Shown here: positions 9,584-19,915 of the stretch, piece after piece
Layout: each line of letters starts with the position of its first letter
Numbering within the stretch: position 1 is the stretch's first letter
NCBI GenBank assembly: GCA_021201905.1
Contig: JAJQEA010000279.1
Coordinates: 1 to 59,946, forward strand
Source: Clostridia bacterium
GTDB lineage: Bacteria > Bacillota > Clostridia > Lachnospirales > Lachnospiraceae
Length of the DNA: 59,946 nt
Reading direction: 5' to 3'
Program-made: the position numbers and the translations under genes
The notes under the pieces: generated by a model
The model's database searches: none
Seen by the model: only the letters and a program-made list of their open reading frames with translations
What the model was told of the DNA's origin: nothing

Positions 9584-10531
9584 AGAAATGAAAGCAATAT
9601 TTTTATAAAAATATCCAAGGATATCTTCGGCCTTCCATCCCTCCTTTGCTTTCTCATTGGCAGTGGCCTGGCTCAGCCCGTAGCCGTGCCCAATGCCCTT
9701 CACCACTGCCCTGATTCCGTCCTCATAGGGCTCCAGCACAAAGCAGGAGGAAGCCAGGCCCAGGGCATACTGCACCTCCTCTCCTGTGTATCCGGCACTG
9801 CCAATCTGTACGGTATCCACATACCCGGCATCGTCCCTGGACACAATCTGTATGGTGTCCGGCACCTGGGATGCCTCAACGGTCCTGGCGCCTGATTCCC
9901 CGGCCGGAATGCTGTTGATATCCGATACAAACGATTCCCTGGAAAAGGAAAGCATCTGCATATATCCCTCTGCCTCCACATCTCCGGGGCAGTCCACGGT
10001 CTGAAGATAGGGATGGGTAAAATCACCCTGTCTCGTCATGCCGGCCGTGGCCCTGCAATACATGGGATCAATGCATTTTCCCTCGTAGGTTATGACAATA
10101 CCGGAGGTGGCCTTTACCGCGTCCTCCAGTTTTTTGTAATATTCCGGGAACCGGCTGGAACCCCACAGCTTTTTTAACTGGTCCGCCTCCAGATAATCCA
10201 TATCCAGGGCGGATTCCGCTATCTCTTCCTCATCCCCGGTGCCCTCCATCTGCCTGCATATGTATGTCCTGGCAATGATGGCCTGGGCTTTCAGTGCTTC
10301 CGGCTCATACTCCACCGGCACCTGCCTGGCAATGACTCCGGGCAGGTATTCCTCCATATCCATATAGTAGGAGCCGCCGGTCCGGTCCAAAAGAATCCGC
10401 CGCCTGCCGGATATTTCCTTCTGCTGCTCATAGCGCAGCTCCTCTCCCCGGATTGTGCCTGTCCATGCAAGGGTTCCTACATAAGGCACCATGAGCCCGG
10501 TGAGGGCCGCCCATATGATGCGTTTATTCAT
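9578..10531 (-). CDS. spoIID: Stage II sporulation protein D (SpoIID/LytB family)
   Basis: EEYLPGV..EALKAQAIIARTY, GIGHGYGLSQ and ILGYFY motifs. Confidence 0.88.
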   Translation of the reverse strand: MNKRIIWAALTGLMVPYVGTLAWTGTIRGEELRYEQQKEISGRRRILLDRTGGSYYMDMEEYLPGVIARQVPVEYEPEALKAQAIIARTYICRQMEGTGDEEEIAESALDMDYLEADQLKKLWGSSRFPEYYKKLEDAVKATSGIVITYEGKCIDPMYCRATAGMTRQGDFTHPYLQTVDCPGDVEAEGYMQMLSFSRESFVSDINSIPAGESGARTVEASQVPDTIQIVSRDDAGYVDTVQIGSAGYTGEEVQYALGLASSCFVLEPYEDGIRAVVKGIGHGYGLSQATANEKAKEGWKAEDILGYFYKNIAFISE

Positions 10532-10602
10532 AAAATCCAATCCCCTCCTTCCTGTATGCTGACACGGGAAAATTGCCCGAATCAGGGCACTCCCCTATCA
10601 TT

Positions 10603-10629
10603 AATATATGAACCGCAGGACATACCTAT
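10603..10629 (-). promoter_or_regulatory. Putative sigma-E promoter of spoIID
   Basis: ATA-N16-CATATATT matches the sigma-E consensus. Confidence 0.6.
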
Positions 10630-10649
10630 GTGCCATGCCTTTTACTGCA

Positions 10650-10693
10650 CAAAAAATATCGCCGCACCGTTCTCATGCCGGCAGGCGATATTT
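10650..10693 (-). terminator. Rho-independent terminator after the M42 peptidase
   Basis: AAATATCGCC..GGCGATATTTTTT inverted repeat with U-tract. Confidence 0.7.
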
Positions 10694-10720
10694 AGGTTAT
10701 TATATAATATTTTCCCAGAC

Positions 10721-11761
10721 TTACCCGATATATGCCTGAATCAGCCGGAACGTATTCTCTGCGCCGTCTCTGTGGCTTCTCTCATATCCATGGGATGTAT
10801 AGACGCCCGGCCCAATCAGGGCATGGCGCACGTCATGGCCAGCTTTCAGGGTGGTCTCGACATCAGAACCGTAATGGGGATACACATCCACGGCATAGCC
10901 GATTCCATGCTCCTTTGCCAGCTCTACCAGGCGGCACAGGATATCGTAGTTATAGGGGCCGCCGCTGTCCTTTGCACAGATGGATACCTCACGCTCCGTA
11001 CACTGAAGGCCCTCTCCCACACAGCCCATGTCCACGGACCAGGCTTCGGTCACGCCCTCCGGAACAGAGGCAGAGCCGCCATGCCCCACTTCCTCATAGA
11101 TGGTAAAATGGGCATATACCCGGCGCTCCGGTGTCACGGACTCCTCCTTAAGATATTTGGCATATCCCATCAAGATGGCCGCGGACAGCTTATCGTCCAG
11201 GAAACGGCTCTTGATATAACCGGATGAAGTAATCCTTGTCCTGGGTTCAAAGCACACATAGTCGCCGGGCATGATGCCCAGTTTCACTGCGTCTTCCCTG
11301 CACGTAACATCCTCATCCACCAGCACTTCCACCGTATCCCATGTGCGCTCGGTCTTTTCATAGTCGCCGTTTACATGTACAGAGGCATCCACCAGCTGGC
11401 AGGTACCCTCATAGATCCCGTCCGCCTTGGTGACAATCCGCACATTCTCAGCCTCGGCATTGGCCGGCTTCATGCCTCCTATATTGGTCAGCTTCAGCCT
11501 GCCGTTTTCCTTAATCTGGGCAACCATGCCGCCCAGGGTATCACAGTGGGCCTCCAGAAGGATTCCGTCCTCCTTATTCCTGCCGCCAAAATCAGCGATG
11601 ACTCCTCCCTTTACCGTGCGCCTGGCCGGCACCCCCAATGCGTCCAATTCCTTTAACAGGTACTCCGTGACTTCCCTGCCATAGCCGGAAGGACTGTCAA
11701 TGGATAACAGGTTCCTGGCCTGCTCCATTATATAGTCCACATACTTCCTACAGTCAGACAT
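10721..11761 (-). CDS. M42 family metallopeptidase (aminopeptidase)
   Basis: AHCDTLG, RFLDDK, YEEVGHG, VDMG and SHGYER motifs. Confidence 0.92.
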   Translation of the reverse strand: MSDCRKYVDYIMEQARNLLSIDSPSGYGREVTEYLLKELDALGVPARRTVKGGVIADFGGRNKEDGILLEAHCDTLGGMVAQIKENGRLKLTNIGGMKPANAEAENVRIVTKADGIYEGTCQLVDASVHVNGDYEKTERTWDTVEVLVDEDVTCREDAVKLGIMPGDYVCFEPRTRITSSGYIKSRFLDDKLSAAILMGYAKYLKEESVTPERRVYAHFTIYEEVGHGGSASVPEGVTEAWSVDMGCVGEGLQCTEREVSICAKDSGGPYNYDILCRLVELAKEHGIGYAVDVYPHYGSDVETTLKAGHDVRHALIGPGVYTSHGYERSHRDGAENTFRLIQAYIG

Positions 11762-11858
11762 ATCCGTTCTCCTTTGTTGTTGGTATTTCTTACTCAGAGT
11801 CATTCTACCAGAAAAAGGCGGTATTACAAGCGGGGTGCCTGGTTCTGCTGCAAATCTG

Positions 11859-13353
11859 CTACAGTCCGTATAAGGCGGAGTATTTTTCCTTCAGATACCT
11901 GACATAATATTCCGGATTAAAGTCCTCCCCGGTCACATCCTTCAGTATCTGGCGGCTGTCTTTTAACTTTCCATACTGGTGGATGTGTTCCCTGAGATAA
12001 TCCCGTATCACATCCACCTTGCCTTCCCTAAGCAGGCCGTCAAAATCCATGATTTCCTTCATATGATAATACAACTGGGCTCCAAAGGCGCTGCCCAGGG
12101 CATAGGACGGAAAATACCCAAAGGAGCCCTGAGACCAGTGGATATCCTGAAGCACTCCTTCCGCCGCATTCTCCGGGCGCACACCCAGATACTCCTCATA
12201 TTTGTCAGCCCAGAGCTGGGGCAGCTTCTCCACATCCAAATCTTCCTCAATCAGCATCTTCTCAATCTCATAGCGAATCAGCACATGGAGACTGTAGCTC
12301 AGTTCGTCGGCCTCGGTGCGGATCAATCCCGGGGTAACTTTGTTGACCGCCTCCACGAACTGGTCCAGGTCCACCTTGCCCAACTGTTCCGGAAACATCT
12401 CCTGTATCCTGGCATATATGGGAACCCAGAAGGAACGGCTGCGGCCAATGATGTTCTCAAAAAACCGTGACTGGGATTCATGCATACCCATGCTGGCCCC
12501 CTGGCCCACAGGCGTCAGAGTCAGATCATCCCCTATGCCCAGTTCATAGATAGCATGGCCGGCCTCATGGATGACAGAAAACAGGGAACTGTCAACGCAG
12601 TCCGTGTAATGGGTGGTGATGCGCACATCCTTGTTGTGAAGGTTTGTGGTAAAAGGATGGGCGCTGACCGCCATGACCCCCCGCTCAAAGTCAAATCCCA
12701 CATATTCCGCCAGGAACCGCCCCAGTTCCTCCTGCTTTTCCTCCGGGTAATCGCCCTTTAAGAAGGAGTCCTCTATCTTCTTTCCCTCTTCCATCACCTT
12801 CTTGAGAAAGGGTACCAGTTCCTTTTTCAGCACGCCGAAGAACCGGTCCAGGTTCTCCATGGAAAAGCCCTTCTCATAGTCATCCAGCATCACATCGTAC
12901 AGCTTTTTTCCATCCTTTGCCCTGTATCCAGCAAACTTTTTCTGGAATTCGATGACCTTCTCAAGGGTGGGGGCAAACGCCTCAAAATCCTGGTCCTTTT
13001 TTTGCCCTGGCCCAAACGCTGGTAGCCCTGGCTGTGAGGCGGGCGAATTCCTGGTATTCATTCTGGGGAATAGGGCAAATCTGCTCCCTCTCTTCCAGCA
13101 GCTCCCTTACATTGGCGGCCTCTGCCGCGGTCAGACTTTTGTCATCCCGGCATTTCTCCAGCAGTTTCTTCATCTCATCACAGGTCACTGCCTGGAAATA
13201 CTCCCCTGACAGTACCCCGATCACCTTGGAGGTAAGCTCTCCCGCTTCCCTGGGGGCCAGTGTCTCGTTGTCCCACTCAAACAGCATCATGGCTGTTTTG
13301 ATGGCCATGGCCTTATCCATGTATGTCCTTAACTCATCGTACGCTTTGCTCAT
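11859..13353 (-). pseudogene. Carboxypeptidase M32, split by a +1 frameshift in a T7 run (12997-13003)
   Basis: HPF, DVRITT, HEAGH, HESQ, IRTEAD and GYFPSYALG in the 3' part. The 5' part MSKAYDEL..WD.ET..WARAKK joins DQDFEAFAP if one A is removed. Confidence 0.88.
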
Positions 13354-13557
13354 TGTTTCGCTCCTCTCACATTTTATGTTCTCCGGATGATTCATTTGAT
13401 TCATTCGCCCGATACAGGTGTAAAACACTCTAAACAAGTTTCTCCTGTATTTTTATTATTACTCATGGAAGGAAAAATTACAGGAAAAATTTTGTACCCT
13501 TAACTTGCTGTTTTATTATCATATAAGATATGATATACTCAGACAAGGGGTTTTTCT

Positions 13558-14253
13558 ATGACTAAGATGACAAAAGGCATGCTGACAAAGGAAAAAACTT
13601 ATGCGGCTGCCAAAAAACTATTTTACGAAAAAGGTTATATTAACACAACAGTAAAGGATATTTGTGCCGAGGCAAATATCAAGTTAGGAACATTCACTTA
13701 TCACTTTGAGAGTAAGGATTCACTGGCTATCGATATTTACAAGGAATTTTCATCTGCCATCATATCAGATGTTTATACAATACTGGAACATCAAACGGAT
13801 CCATATACAGATGCCTTCATGCGTGACATCACTTCCTATCGGGTATACTACACCGCAATTCACAGCAACCAACATGCCAAACGGTTTTACAGCGAAATCT
13901 GCAGCATTGAGGCATTCCGCTCTGTCAATTATAAGATGAACCGGCAATTTATATCATCTATCCTGAATTTGGCAGCAGAGGACCATGAACTGTTCTACCC
14001 TGTGACAGAATTCAACCTTCCTGTTATAACATCCCTGGTCAGCGGAATGGAAATCCGGTTTGTATACGACCTCTTCAATCACAAATTTGAGGACCCTGAC
14101 GAAGAATACCTGATTGATTTCTTTTTGTTTTCTTACTATTCCATGTTCGTAAAAAGCAGAGAAGATTTGAAGCAGAAAATAAATCTTTCAAGGGTATTAT
14201 CTCAAAATATTAACCTGCAGATAACCCCAGATTTTAAAGTGACTTACAGTTAA
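13558..14253 (+). CDS. TetR/AcrR family transcriptional regulator
   Basis: N-terminal HTH: AKKLFYEKGYINTTVKDICAEANIKLGTFTYHFESKD. Confidence 0.92.
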   Translation: MTKMTKGMLTKEKTYAAAKKLFYEKGYINTTVKDICAEANIKLGTFTYHFESKDSLAIDIYKEFSSAIISDVYTILEHQTDPYTDAFMRDITSYRVYYTAIHSNQHAKRFYSEICSIEAFRSVNYKMNRQFISSILNLAAEDHELFYPVTEFNLPVITSLVSGMEIRFVYDLFNHKFEDPDEEYLIDFFLFSYYSMFVKSREDLKQKINLSRVLSQNINLQITPDFKVTYS

Positions 14254-14275
14254 CCCGGCTTACCCACAAAATAAC

Positions 14276-14307
14276 ATTGCTGCCCCGCCACACAGCGGAG
14301 CAGCAAT
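14276..14307. terminator. Hairpin between convergent tetR and EamA genes (probable bidirectional terminator)
   Basis: ATTGCTGC-CCCGC..GCGG-A-GCAGCAAT. Confidence 0.6.
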
Positions 14308-14320
14308 CTGCATCTTTTAT

Positions 14321-15238
14321 TTAATCCAATGATTCTTCGTGATCTGACGACTTATTAAGTACAAAGACCGATACCAGCACGATCAGCACCCCTGCCCCCT
14401 GAATCAGCGAAATCTTTTCAGCAAATATAAAGTATCCCAATACCAATGATGTAATCGGTGCAATTGCGTTCAGCGCATTGGTGATGGCCGGATCGATATT
14501 TGACATTGACTGAATCCAGCAGTAGGTTGACAATAACTGATTTAATACAATAAAGCCAACGATAGCCAAAATCAGTTTTCCCACGGCATTGGAATGAATG
14601 ACCTGGGCAACGATTTCCCACGGCGGACAGGATGCCCAGTAAATCAAAGCAGCTCCCATATTATAATAAACCAACACCACGTCGCTGTCCACCCCTGAAT
14701 TGAGAACAGATTTAAGCAAAATGGCAAGGGCGCATTGGGAGAACCAGTTAATTCCCATCCATAATATGCCCATGGGCTGGATGTATCCGTCCGGCACGAA
14801 CACATTGAGGACAAAACACAGGCCGATTACAGCAAGTATTAAAGAAATGACCTTGCCACGGTTGAATTTGTATTTAAAAATAAGTGAAGTTAAGACCATT
14901 AACAAAAATACATGTGAAAACTCAACAATCGTGTAAATCCCCTGGCTGACATAGGAAAGGGCTTTTGCAGCGGCAAAAAACTGGATTGAAATAATGACTC
15001 CTCCACAGCCGGAAATGATTATAAAGTTTTTCAGACTTATTTTAAAAGCACCCGGATTTTTTATCAATGTCTTAATGCCGAAAAACAGCAAAATGGCAGT
15101 TGGCCCAACCGATGAAACAGCCACTTCGCTCAGACCGCCCTGGAGCATTAAAGTAAAGAACACCCCAAATGTTCCCCACAATACCGCATTACCAATACCA
15201 AACAATATGCCTTTTGTATAATTAGATTTATGTTGCAT
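14321..15238 (-). CDS. DMT/EamA family transporter
   Basis: About 10 TM helices; N-terminal G..LWG and C-terminal P..LGYFIFAEKIS..Q..G. Confidence 0.85.
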   Translation of the reverse strand: MQHKSNYTKGILFGIGNAVLWGTFGVFFTLMLQGGLSEVAVSSVGPTAILLFFGIKTLIKNPGAFKISLKNFIIISGCGGVIISIQFFAAAKALSYVSQGIYTIVEFSHVFLLMVLTSLIFKYKFNRGKVISLILAVIGLCFVLNVFVPDGYIQPMGILWMGINWFSQCALAILLKSVLNSGVDSDVVLVYYNMGAALIYWASCPPWEIVAQVIHSNAVGKLILAIVGFIVLNQLLSTYCWIQSMSNIDPAITNALNAIAPITSLVLGYFIFAEKISLIQGAGVLIVLVSVFVLNKSSDHEESLD

Positions 15239-15249
15239 GCCCCCTCCTT

Positions 15250-16203
15250 TTACCGTCCGGTTTCCATCAGCAGTGTTTTTATGTATGCTTTGGCAATCTG
15301 AATTTTATGGCCGTTTCCGGATAGCGCTCTCGCTTTGGCAAACGCAAGCTCTGCTGCTTTAGCTGCCAATTCTTCTGTCATCTCTGTCCCACTCACTAAT
15401 TGTTCGGCTTCAAGAGGTCTGTATGGTATCGGATATACACCATTGAGAGCGATTTTAATTTCACCATTTCTATTTACAACTGCACAGTTGAGAATTGGGA
15501 AATCAATTGTGGGGCGCAGTGCATGCTTAAGGAATGCGCTCCTCATGTCCTCTGCTGTTTTAAACCGGATCTCCTTTACAATCTCACCTTTATTTAATAT
15601 AGTGCACCCACTGCATCCTGCTGTCCAAAAATCATTTGAATCAATCACCCGTTCTGTTGTAACCATCTGTGCGCCTAATGCAAGTAAGGCCGGAGCCGTA
15701 TCGGAAGGATTTACTGCAAAGCAGGCATTGACTGCCCCCAAAACCGAATGAATTCTGTTATCGCCTGCCGGCGCATAACATCTCTTTCCACCTTTCATTT
15801 TGCAGGGAAAAAAATTATCCCTTGCCCTGTAGTACCAGCATCTGTTCTCCTGGCATATATTTCCTCCAATTGTCCCCATTGACCGGAGATTAGGGGACGC
15901 GGTTCTCCTAGCTGCCTCTGCTAACACAGTATAGTGTTTCCTGAGAAGTTCATGGCCAGCAACTGCCTTCAGCCTGGTCAGGGCACCTATTTTAATAAAA
16001 CCATCCTCTTCCCTGATGTAGGATAACTCATCCAGATCAAGAATATCTACCACCAGCTGTGCATATTCCGGATGAATCTCTCTTTTAAGTCCCCCTAAGA
16101 TATCCGTACTGCCAGCTTTAATACAAGCCTTTCCTTCGCAACTTTTAATAAGCCCAACTGCCTCTTCTACTGAATTCACTTTCTCAAATCTAAAATTTTT
16201 CAT
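15250..16203 (-). CDS. Xanthine-oxidase-family FAD-binding subunit (PaoB/YagS-type with Cys insert)
   Basis: AGSTD, IGALT, ASPNLRSMGTIGGNICQ and PSDTAPAL motifs; insert RCWYYR..FPC..GG.RC..C typical of [4Fe-4S]-containing FAD subunits. Confidence 0.9.
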   Translation of the reverse strand: MKNFRFEKVNSVEEAVGLIKSCEGKACIKAGSTDILGGLKREIHPEYAQLVVDILDLDELSYIREEDGFIKIGALTRLKAVAGHELLRKHYTVLAEAARRTASPNLRSMGTIGGNICQENRCWYYRARDNFFPCKMKGGKRCYAPAGDNRIHSVLGAVNACFAVNPSDTAPALLALGAQMVTTERVIDSNDFWTAGCSGCTILNKGEIVKEIRFKTAEDMRSAFLKHALRPTIDFPILNCAVVNRNGEIKIALNGVYPIPYRPLEAEQLVSGTEMTEELAAKAAELAFAKARALSGNGHKIQIAKAYIKTLLMETGR

Positions 16204-18563
16204 TATCTAGCCGCCCCCTTTTCTGCAAGCGCTTTTAGGATTTTAGCTGGTGTAAACGGGGTTTCTTTTAGCCTTACACCAATAGCATTGTAAAGCGCAT
16301 TGGCAAATGCTCCAGGCAGGCCATTCATAATCGCCTGTCCGCAGCCGCAGGCACCGAATGGATGCGTCACATCATATGTTTCAATAATCTCCACCTCAAC
16401 ATCTGAATCCAAAGCCGTGCTGACAGCAAAGTCATACCAGTTATCATTGAGAAGCTTGCCTGTATTCGGATCAATAATCTGTTCCGCACCTGTCATTGCC
16501 TCTAAACCATGATGAAGTCCCAGATAGTTTCCCTCCACATTTTTAGGGTTAATGGCTTTGCCGCAATCCTGGGCGTGGAACATTTTAACATTGAAAATTT
16601 CACCTGTCTCAGTGTCCACGTCCAACTCCACAAAAGTTGCGCCCAACTCAGCCGGAGTCGCGCCGGGCCCCATGTGGGAACTTCCATAACCAACCACATC
16701 CATAGGGAGATTGGTCATCCAGTCAATTTCGTAGTCATAATTCAGTCCGGGTACATTGCATGTCTGAGCCGGAGGAATCCAGGGAATATCCATATCCGGA
16801 TCAACCAGGGAAACCACCCTGCCGTTTTTCATGGTCAGCGTGTTTTCCGCAACATTTAATACCTCGGCTGTCTTTTTGAGTAATTTTGTTTTGGCGTCCA
16901 TAGCCGCGTTATAGGTAGCTTTCCCCTGTGTGATTGTACCGCTTGAAGCAATCTGAAAACTGGTATAGAGGGTATCGGTATCGCCGGTCCTCATCTTAAC
17001 GTTTTCATACGGAATATCAAAAACCTCTGCAACAATCTGGACCTGGGCTGCATGGGCGCCCTGCCCAATATCCTGCATGTTACAGCATAGTAAAGCCGAA
17101 CCGTCTGAGTTTAACATGACAATGGCCTGGGAGACAATATTCTGACCGGCCGTCTGCATTAAAGCCGGGCTCATTCCCATACTGTGACGGATCCGTCCTG
17201 TTTTTTCCTCCGGCTTCTGCCTTCTCCTATACCAGTCTGTGTGCTTAACTCCGGCTTCGATGGAGGGAATCATTCCGTCTTTAGACAGATACTGCGCCCC
17301 GCCAAAGGAGTATGTGGTACTCAGGAAATTGTCACCTTTTCTGCAGACATTCATTTTATGTAAATCCACTGGATCCATGCCCAGCTTCTCCGCAGCTTCA
17401 TCCATAACGGAGATTACCGGAAGAAATACCTCAGGATTTCCGTATGCCTGCCAGCCGGCCCATCCTGGTGAATTTGTATAAACTCTGTGTTTTACATGTT
17501 TACTATGTTTGCAGTTATGAGAATACAACATATTACCAGTTGCGTTAATATCATCCCCCTGGGTCGATTCACCATTTGTCTCGCCGGTACAGGCATTACG
17601 GTAAACTTCCCTATCCATCATAACCATTGTTCCGTCGCTTTTAAAACCGATTGCATATCTGGAATCAAAGGTGCCCCGTCCCCAGTGATATCTCTGGTCT
17701 TCGTCAACCGTATAGTCAAATGCTACGGGCCGGCCCAAATGTATGGCTGCGGCACATGCTAAAAGAGTACAGGATGCCCCGTTAAGAATCTCTTCTGCTG
17801 CGCCTCCTGCCCTGGCTCCAAATGAACAGGAATTTATCTCAGAAAAAATCCTGATTTTTGATACCGGAATACCAAAACGCCGGGACAGGTTATATCTCAC
17901 CACAGATGCTTCCTGGTTATCTATGTATAGTGTCAGGTAACCGTCTGAATAATCAGCGCGGCAGGCGGTTGGCTTCATCAATGGGGCTCTTGCGAAGCTG
18001 TAGGCAAAACCGCTGTCTTCCACGATCACATCGCTTTCCCTGCGCCCTTCCTCCACATCGCCGAAACCGTCGAATTCTCCCTGAATCCTTAATTGATACA
18101 GTCCCTTTTCATTTTTCTGCATAAAATACTTATGCTCGTTAAATGGGACAACATTGGGACGGTCCGGCATTGCCTGGGGAGCATTTTCCTCCATTGCATC
18201 CTTCCCTTTAATGACAAAGGGCAGCTCTTCATACTCCACTTTGATTAATTTTGCTGCTTCTCCTGCAAGCTCTGCTGTTTCTGCAATTACGCAGGCAACA
18301 TCCATTCCCCAATAATGAATACTTTCCATAAACAGATCCGGAAAATTCTTATATGACATAATCAGACTTACGCCTTCAAGCTTTTCAGCCTCTGTTGTAT
18401 CAATACTGAGAATGTTGGCATGGGCATAAGGCGAACGCAGTGATTTCGCATAGAGCATATCCGTAAAACTGAAATCATTACTATACTTTGCCGTGCCTGT
18501 CACTTTACGAAAGCCCGTGTAATCCTATTTCGCTTTTCCGACTACTTTCAGTTCCTTTTCCAT
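16203..18563 (-). CDS. Xanthine-oxidase-family molybdopterin-binding subunit with divergent active site and an in-frame TAG at codon 13
   Basis: MEKELKVVGKAK*DYTGFRKVTGTAKY, RSPYAHA, DIGQG, VDTETG, DCGKAINP..VEG and PFTP. ATG 18563 lies 2 nt after the FeS-subunit stop; TAG at 18525-18527. Confidence 0.85.
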
Positions 18564-18565
18564 AC

Positions 18566-19057
18566 TCACTCACCTGCCCTTATCTTTTCTGCCGCTTTTT
18601 CAATGGCCTTTTCAATGTGTTCATAAACACCGCAGTGGCAGATATTGCCGGCAATAGCCTCTTTAATCTCTGCTTTGGTGGGATTGGGATTGTGGTCCAA
18701 CAGCACCTTTGTAGTCATAACAAATCCGGGGGTACAGTACCCGCAGGCATAGCCCCTTTCCTCAAGATATGCCTCCTGAATGGGATGGAGTTCATTGCCG
18801 GAGCTCAGGCCCTCTATGGTGACAATGCTCTTGCCCTCCATGGAAACAGCCAAAACCATACAGGAGAGTGCGGCTTCGCCGTCTACAATGACGGTACAGG
18901 CTCCGCAGGCACCTTCATCGCAGCTGATTTTTGTTCCCAAAAGCCCTAATTTATTCCTCAATACATCTGCTAATGTGTCGGAATTTCTTACATCATGAAT
19001 CTTGCGATCCCGCCCGTTTACATTTAATATAATTGTTTTTGTGTTATCTTCACCCAT
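18566..19057 (-). CDS. Xanthine-oxidase-family 2x[2Fe-2S] subunit
   Basis: GTKISCDEGACGACTV, CGYCTPG and GNICHCG motifs. Confidence 0.95.
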   Translation of the reverse strand: MGEDNTKTIILNVNGRDRKIHDVRNSDTLADVLRNKLGLLGTKISCDEGACGACTVIVDGEAALSCMVLAVSMEGKSIVTIEGLSSGNELHPIQEAYLEERGYACGYCTPGFVMTTKVLLDHNPNPTKAEIKEAIAGNICHCGVYEHIEKAIEKAAEKIRAGE

Positions 19058-19071
19058 TTCATTTCCTCCTG

Positions 19072-19659
19072 TTAATTCCTGACCAGCGGTTTCCCCATAG
19101 GCAGTCCCTTTCCGCCGGTCGAAATCATAAATTCATTTGTCATCATATAAGCGGTACCACATCCAACGATAAACGACAGCACCAAATTCACATTAAACCA
19201 TATTTTAATGGAAAAAAAGTACTCCAGGCCTGAAGTCACACACCATGTATGCGCCATAAACCAGGTCAGCCATGGAACTGAATCCCCTTTCAAATAAGGT
19301 ATGGATGCAATGGTGTCTGAAATGCCCAGGATGATTAAAGGTACTGAATACATCATATACGGAACATTGATTCCCACGGTTGTGGCCAACGCACCGCAAA
19401 TATTTCCCGCCCCCATCAGGAAACCGAAAATGAATCCATAAGAGATCCAACAGTTATATCCGTAGGTATCTCCCTGCCCTGCATAGACAAATGCCCCGGC
19501 AAAGTACGCCAATCCGCAAAAAATATAGATTACCCCTCCGAATAACATTGCATCTCCCGGAAACCAGCCCGCATAAATACCGAATGCTATAAATGATTCC
19601 AGCGAAAACATAAACAGCAGCGATCCTGCAGGATTTACCCCACTTTCTTTTTCTCCCAT
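19072..19659 (-). CDS. GPR1/FUN34/YaaH (SatP-like) membrane protein, putative carboxylate channel
   Basis: About 6 TM helices; N-terminal NPAG-LL-F resembles the NPAPLGL motif; G.T.G...SYG; C-terminal LPMG. Confidence 0.6.
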   Translation of the reverse strand: MGEKESGVNPAGSLLFMFSLESFIAFGIYAGWFPGDAMLFGGVIYIFCGLAYFAGAFVYAGQGDTYGYNCWISYGFIFGFLMGAGNICGALATTVGINVPYMMYSVPLIILGISDTIASIPYLKGDSVPWLTWFMAHTWCVTSGLEYFFSIKIWFNVNLVLSFIVGCGTAYMMTNEFMISTGGKGLPMGKPLVRN

Positions 19660-19774
19660 ACAGACTTCTCCTAAGTTTAAGATAAATTAATTTGCTTCCT
19701 TATATTCAAAGAACATTTACTTTCCCGGGATTAAATGCTCTTAAATATCATGTTTATCTGTTATTAGGCATATT

Positions 19775-19827
19775 TTCGTACGCGTACGAATTATTTCAAT
19801 CTTAGCATACCCACATGTGGTTGTCAA
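19775..19827 (-). promoter_or_regulatory. Sigma-A promoter of the Mo-enzyme operon with a perfect 16-bp palindromic operator
   Basis: TTGACA(19827-19822)-N17-TAAGAT with extended TG; TTCGTACGCGTACGAA at 19775-19790. Confidence 0.75.
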
Positions 19828-19865
19828 GAAACTTTCCGGCATCTTATCAGCACTTTCCGGCAGCC

Positions 19866-19895
19866 AAAAAAATGGAGTCCTGACGGGCTCCATTC
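19866..19895 (-). terminator. Terminator of the buk-nhaC-ptb-MFS operon
   Basis: AATGGAGCCC-GTCA-GGACTCCATTTTTT. Confidence 0.75.
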
Positions 19896-19915
19896 TATCT
19901 CTTATCCTATTCTTT

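Noticed and set aside
15250-19057. Calling the Mo enzyme xanthine dehydrogenase or urolithin dehydroxylase
   Set aside because: Catalytic motifs diverge from XDH, no purine-catabolism genes are adjacent, and the subunit order differs from ucdCFO; family-level call only.
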